6,529 bases of DNA from the IMG/VR virus record IMGVR_UViG_3300045988_008314, positions 1 to 6,529 of that record; one strand, given 5' to 3'. A model generated the notes under the pieces. The model ran no database searches. It saw only the letters and a program-made list of their open reading frames with translations, and was not told where the DNA came from. Numbering within the stretch: position 1 is the stretch's first letter; each line of letters opens with the position of its first letter. The translations under genes and the position numbers were made by a program. This DNA is from a virus. Of the stretch, positions 4,325 to 6,529 are shown piece by piece.

Positions 4325-6046
4325 ATGTCTGACAAGGTTCGTAATTTTTTCAATCGTTGCGAGCATCCTCGTATAATAAAAAATAAGTATACAGGTGAAC
4401 CTGTTTATGTTAAGTGTGGTGTTTGTCCTCATTGCTTGATTTCGCGTTCTGATGCGAAAAGAAACTTGTGTGATTATGAAAAGTGGAATCGTAAGTATTG
4501 TTACTTTGTAACATTGACTTATAATTCGCAGTATGTCCCGAAAATGGCGCTTGTACCTATTGATGATTATGAATTTGATTATCCGATAGGTAATAATTGG
4601 CCAGCTGTCCGTTCTCAGTTGCTTACGCGTATATTAATTGACCCTCGAGTAAAAAAACAGGATAATGGACAGGATATTAATATGTTTACCTGTAAGGTAA
4701 ATTTCCCTTACATAGATGAGCATTTGAAATCTATATTTGATTCCTGTGTTACTGCTGCTGAGTTTCGAAAGAATTACAAACCTGAGTATTTTTCTTCCGC
4801 TCGTCCTTATATTCTTCGTACTATCCCTCGTGTGTCTAAGTTGCAGAAATTTAAAGACGTTCAGCGTGAAGAACTTATTTGGATTTCTCCTGAAAAGGTT
4901 GAGATGCTTAAGAGAAAATCTAAATGTGAAGGCAATGATAATGCTTTCCCTCAATTTAAAGGACTTCTTAAGTATGTGAATTATCGTGATTATCAACTTT
5001 TTGCGAAACGTTTTCGCAAATATTTATTTACAAAAATTGGTTCATATGAAAAAATATCTTCATACGTTGTATCGGAGTACTCTCCTAAGACATTCCGCCC
5101 GCATTTCCATATCTTATTTTTCTTTGACTCGGACGAAGTCGCCGAAAACATTCGGCAAGCTGTATTTCAGAGTTGGAAACTCGGTCGTGTCGATACGCAG
5201 CTTGCAAGGGACTCTGCCGGTTCATACGTATCGGGCTATCTTAATAGCCTTGTGTCTCTCCCCAGCATTTTTACGGACGTCTCGTTTACAAAAAATAAGT
5301 CGCGGTTTAGCAAATTATTTGGATATGAAAGCTTTCGACAAACAGTTAAAACACCTGAACAAGCAGTCGAACGCTTATCTGAGCGAATACGCTTTGTCCG
5401 TAATGGCAAGTCTTGCGAACTCACTCCCCCCATTTCGTATATCTCTCGATTATTGCCAAGATTCGTACCATACAGCAATAATTTTTCTGTCGAAACTCGA
5501 ACAGTTATTACAGCAATTCGAGGCGTATTACAACTCTTTAGACGAAACGAACCCTTTAAAAAAGAAACTCCTACAAATGTATCCGAGTTTATACACACCT
5601 ATGTCGTGACGTTGTATGAAAAGTATGGTTATTGTTTTGATTCTCTTCCTGAGTGTCTTCGTGTCTATCTTGCTTATACGCGCTCTGCCAAGGAAATTCA
5701 TTACTTCACTGATAGACTCAAGAATAAGCTTTGCCGTCCCCTATATATATATCGTGTGTGGGAGTCTCTTGGTTTATCTGATGATTATCTCATTTCTTTG
5801 TCTGATGAATACATGTCTAAGTGTCGATCTATGTCCTTAGAAAAACAGTTAAGTATTCAGCAGGAAATGTTCGAGCGTGAAGGTTATTCGGATGAACTTC
5901 TATCTTTATTTTATATTAATAAACCTCAAAAGAAAGTTAATAATCCTTATTTTCAGGAATGGAAGGATAAGAATTACCATGAAGTACATTATATTCGCGT
6001 AAAACATAAGAAATTAAATGATGAAAATAATGTATTTTTGGAATAA
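4325..6046 (+). CDS. VP4: Rolling-circle replication initiator VP4 (phiX A homologue, HUH superfamily), 573 aa
   Basis: Motif I is FVTLTY (aa 61-66, nt 4505-4522). The HUH motif is RPHFHILFFF (H260-F-H262, nt 5102-5110). The catalytic Tyr pair is SYVSGYLNS (Y301 and Y305, nt 5225-5239). The N-terminal Cys/His cluster is C-E-H, then C-G-V-C-P-H-C, as in other microvirus Reps. Confidence 0.93.
   Translation: MSDKVRNFFNRCEHPRIIKNKYTGEPVYVKCGVCPHCLISRSDAKRNLCDYEKWNRKYCYFVTLTYNSQYVPKMALVPIDDYEFDYPIGNNWPAVRSQLLTRILIDPRVKKQDNGQDINMFTCKVNFPYIDEHLKSIFDSCVTAAEFRKNYKPEYFSSARPYILRTIPRVSKLQKFKDVQREELIWISPEKVEMLKRKSKCEGNDNAFPQFKGLLKYVNYRDYQLFAKRFRKYLFTKIGSYEKISSYVVSEYSPKTFRPHFHILFFFDSDEVAENIRQAVFQSWKLGRVDTQLARDSAGSYVSGYLNSLVSLPSIFTDVSFTKNKSRFSKLFGYESFRQTVKTPEQAVERLSERIRFVRNGKSCELTPPISYISRLLPRFVPYSNNFSVETRTVITAIRGVLQLFRRNEPFKKETPTNVSEFIHTYVVTLYEKYGYCFDSLPECLRVYLAYTRSAKEIHYFTDRLKNKLCRPLYIYRVWESLGLSDDYLISLSDEYMSKCRSMSLEKQLSIQQEMFEREGYSDELLSLFYINKPQKKVNNPYFQEWKDKNYHEVHYIRVKHKKLNDENNVFLE
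5046..5609 (+). CDS. Candidate overprinted ORF in the +1 frame of VP4 (187 aa from ATG 5046; alternative start ATG 5325 gives 94 aa)
   Basis: The track ORF 4986..5609 begins at GTG, and the first ATG is at 5046. Its span coincides with a local loss of the genome-wide T3 codon bias in VP4. The C-terminal 94 aa (MKAFDKQLKHLNKQSNAYLSEYALSVMASLANS...SKLEQLLQQFEAYYNSLDETNPLKKKLLQMY) look protein-like rather than like the hydrophobic off-frame products seen elsewhere. Confidence 0.3.
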   Translation: MKKYLHTLYRSTLLRHSARISISYFSLTRTKSPKTFGKLYFRVGNSVVSIRSLQGTLPVHTYRAILIALCLSPAFLRTSRLQKISRGLANYLDMKAFDKQLKHLNKQSNAYLSEYALSVMASLANSLPPFRISLDYCQDSYHTAIIFLSKLEQLLQQFEAYYNSLDETNPLKKKLLQMYPSLYTPMS

Positions 6047-6060
6047 TTATCTTTGTATTT

Positions 6061-6264
6061 ATGAAAATTACATCTCAGCAATGGATTGAAGTTGTTAAAT
6101 TGATTTCTACTTTCATTATTGGCCTTATTACGGCTTTGTGTGTTCAGTCTTGTACTGCGTCTATGTCTGTTTTTTGGAAAAATAGTAATTCTAATCAAGA
6201 GAGTCAGCAAACTACGAAACAGTCTGTTGATTCTACTCGTATTAATGTTCAACCAAATTTTTAG
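6061..6264 (+). CDS. Hypothetical 67-aa membrane-anchored or lipoprotein-like protein; candidate lysis or exclusion factor
   Basis: It starts 14 nt after the VP4 stop and its stop lies 3 nt before the VP1 ATG. Codons are T3-rich. There is one hydrophobic helix (KLISTFIIGLITALCV), followed by Q-S-C (a possible lipobox-like VQSC) and a polar N/Q/S-rich tail. Confidence 0.7.
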   Translation: MKITSQQWIEVVKLISTFIIGLITALCVQSCTASMSVFWKNSNSNQESQQTTKQSVDSTRINVQPNF

Positions 6265-6267
6265 TTT

Positions 6268-6529
6268 ATGAGTTTATTTTCTTTGAAAGACATTCGTAAC
6301 CACCCTCGACGCTCGGCATTTGACCTTTCGTCCAAGGTTGCTTTTTCTGCAAAATCGGGTGAACTTCTTCCGATTAAATGGTATTTTACAATGCCAGGTG
6401 ATAAGTTTACTTTGAAGCGTCAACATTTTACTCGTACTCAGCCTGTTAACACGTCTGCGTATACTCGTATTCGTGAATACTATGATTGGTTCTGGGTCCC
6501 CCTTCACCTTCTTTGGCGCAATGCTCCCG
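6268..6529 (+). CDS. VP1: Major capsid protein VP1 (phiX F homologue), N-terminal part, running off the window end and continuing at base 3
   Basis: The ATG at 6268 is the first codon after the in-frame TAG at 6262-6264. It translates as MSLFSLKDIRNHPRRSAFDLSSKVAFSAKSGELLPIKWYFTMPGDKFTLKRQHFTRTQPVNTSAYTRIREYYDWFWVPLHLLW. The FDLS, GELLP, PGD-F, TRT-P and EYYD-F-VP-LLW pattern is the conserved microvirus capsid N-terminus. This ORF is not in the supplied track because no stop falls inside the window. Confidence 0.93.
   Translation, partial: MSLFSLKDIRNHPRRSAFDLSSKVAFSAKSGELLPIKWYFTMPGDKFTLKRQHFTRTQPVNTSAYTRIREYYDWFWVPLHLLWRNAP
6389..6529. repeat. Right copy of the 141-nt exact terminal redundancy
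   Basis: Identical to 1-141. Confidence 0.97.

Larger units (their letters stand above)
1..6388 (+). mobile_element. Complete circular Microviridae (Alpavirinae-like) ssDNA phage genome unit of 6,388 nt, linearised inside the capsid gene
   Basis: Bases 1-141 are identical to 6389-6529. The set comprises a microvirus capsid, pilot and HUH Rep, all on one strand. Coding density is high and codon third positions are strongly T-rich. Confidence 0.9.

Noticed and set aside
5236-5598. 120-aa minus-strand ORF inside the Rep codon-usage island
   Set aside because: The island is less AT-rich, so stops are rarer in all frames. It is on the wrong strand for a microvirus and the product does not look protein-like.
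6048-6055. Third TAtcTTTG box as an internal late promoter for orf67 and VP1
   Set aside because: There is no -33 TTTG at the proper spacing, and the ATG at 6061 lies only 5 nt downstream, so the transcript would have to be leaderless. The shared 11-mer with 3536-3546 is noted, but I could not support a promoter call.
5989-6507. Minus-strand ORFs 5989..6252 and 6274..6507
   Set aside because: They are antisense to orf67 and the VP1 N-terminus, and show the same T3-bias artefact with basic, low-complexity products.

Overview
The window holds one complete, circularly permuted genome of a Microviridae ssDNA phage. Bases 6389-6529 repeat bases 1-141 exactly, so the unit length is 6,388 nt and the window was cut inside the major capsid gene. 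Genome size, a large Rep and the capsid N-terminal motifs fit the Alpavirinae-like, Bacteroidetes-associated group better than gokushoviruses or phiX-like phages. All credible genes lie on the + strand. A tightly packed block runs Rep/VP4 (4325-6046), a 67-aa membrane ORF (6061-6264), capsid VP1 (6268 across the junction to 1667, 595 aa), a 149-aa ORF (1669-2118) and pilot protein VP2 (2121-3314). It ends at a hairpin plus T-tract terminator (3348-3385). The remaining ~1 kb (3315-4324) is an accessory and regulatory region. It contains a Bacteroides-type promoter (TTTG, 20 nt, TAtcTTTG), a 59-aa ORF missing from the supplied track (3571-3750), a GC-clamped hairpin, and a 63-aa ORF (3835-4026). 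It also contains a 132-nt register-perfect hairpin (4065-4196) just upstream of a second TAnnTTTG box and the rep gene. The two observations I rate highest are that hairpin, whose non-Watson-Crick pairs are all G:T on the + strand only, and a codon-usage island in the Rep catalytic core (about 5050-5610). The island coincides with a 187-codon +1-frame ORF and may mark an overprinted gene. There are no tRNA, rRNA, CRISPR, integrase or recognisable lysin genes. All protein family calls come from motif recognition by eye, since no searches were run.
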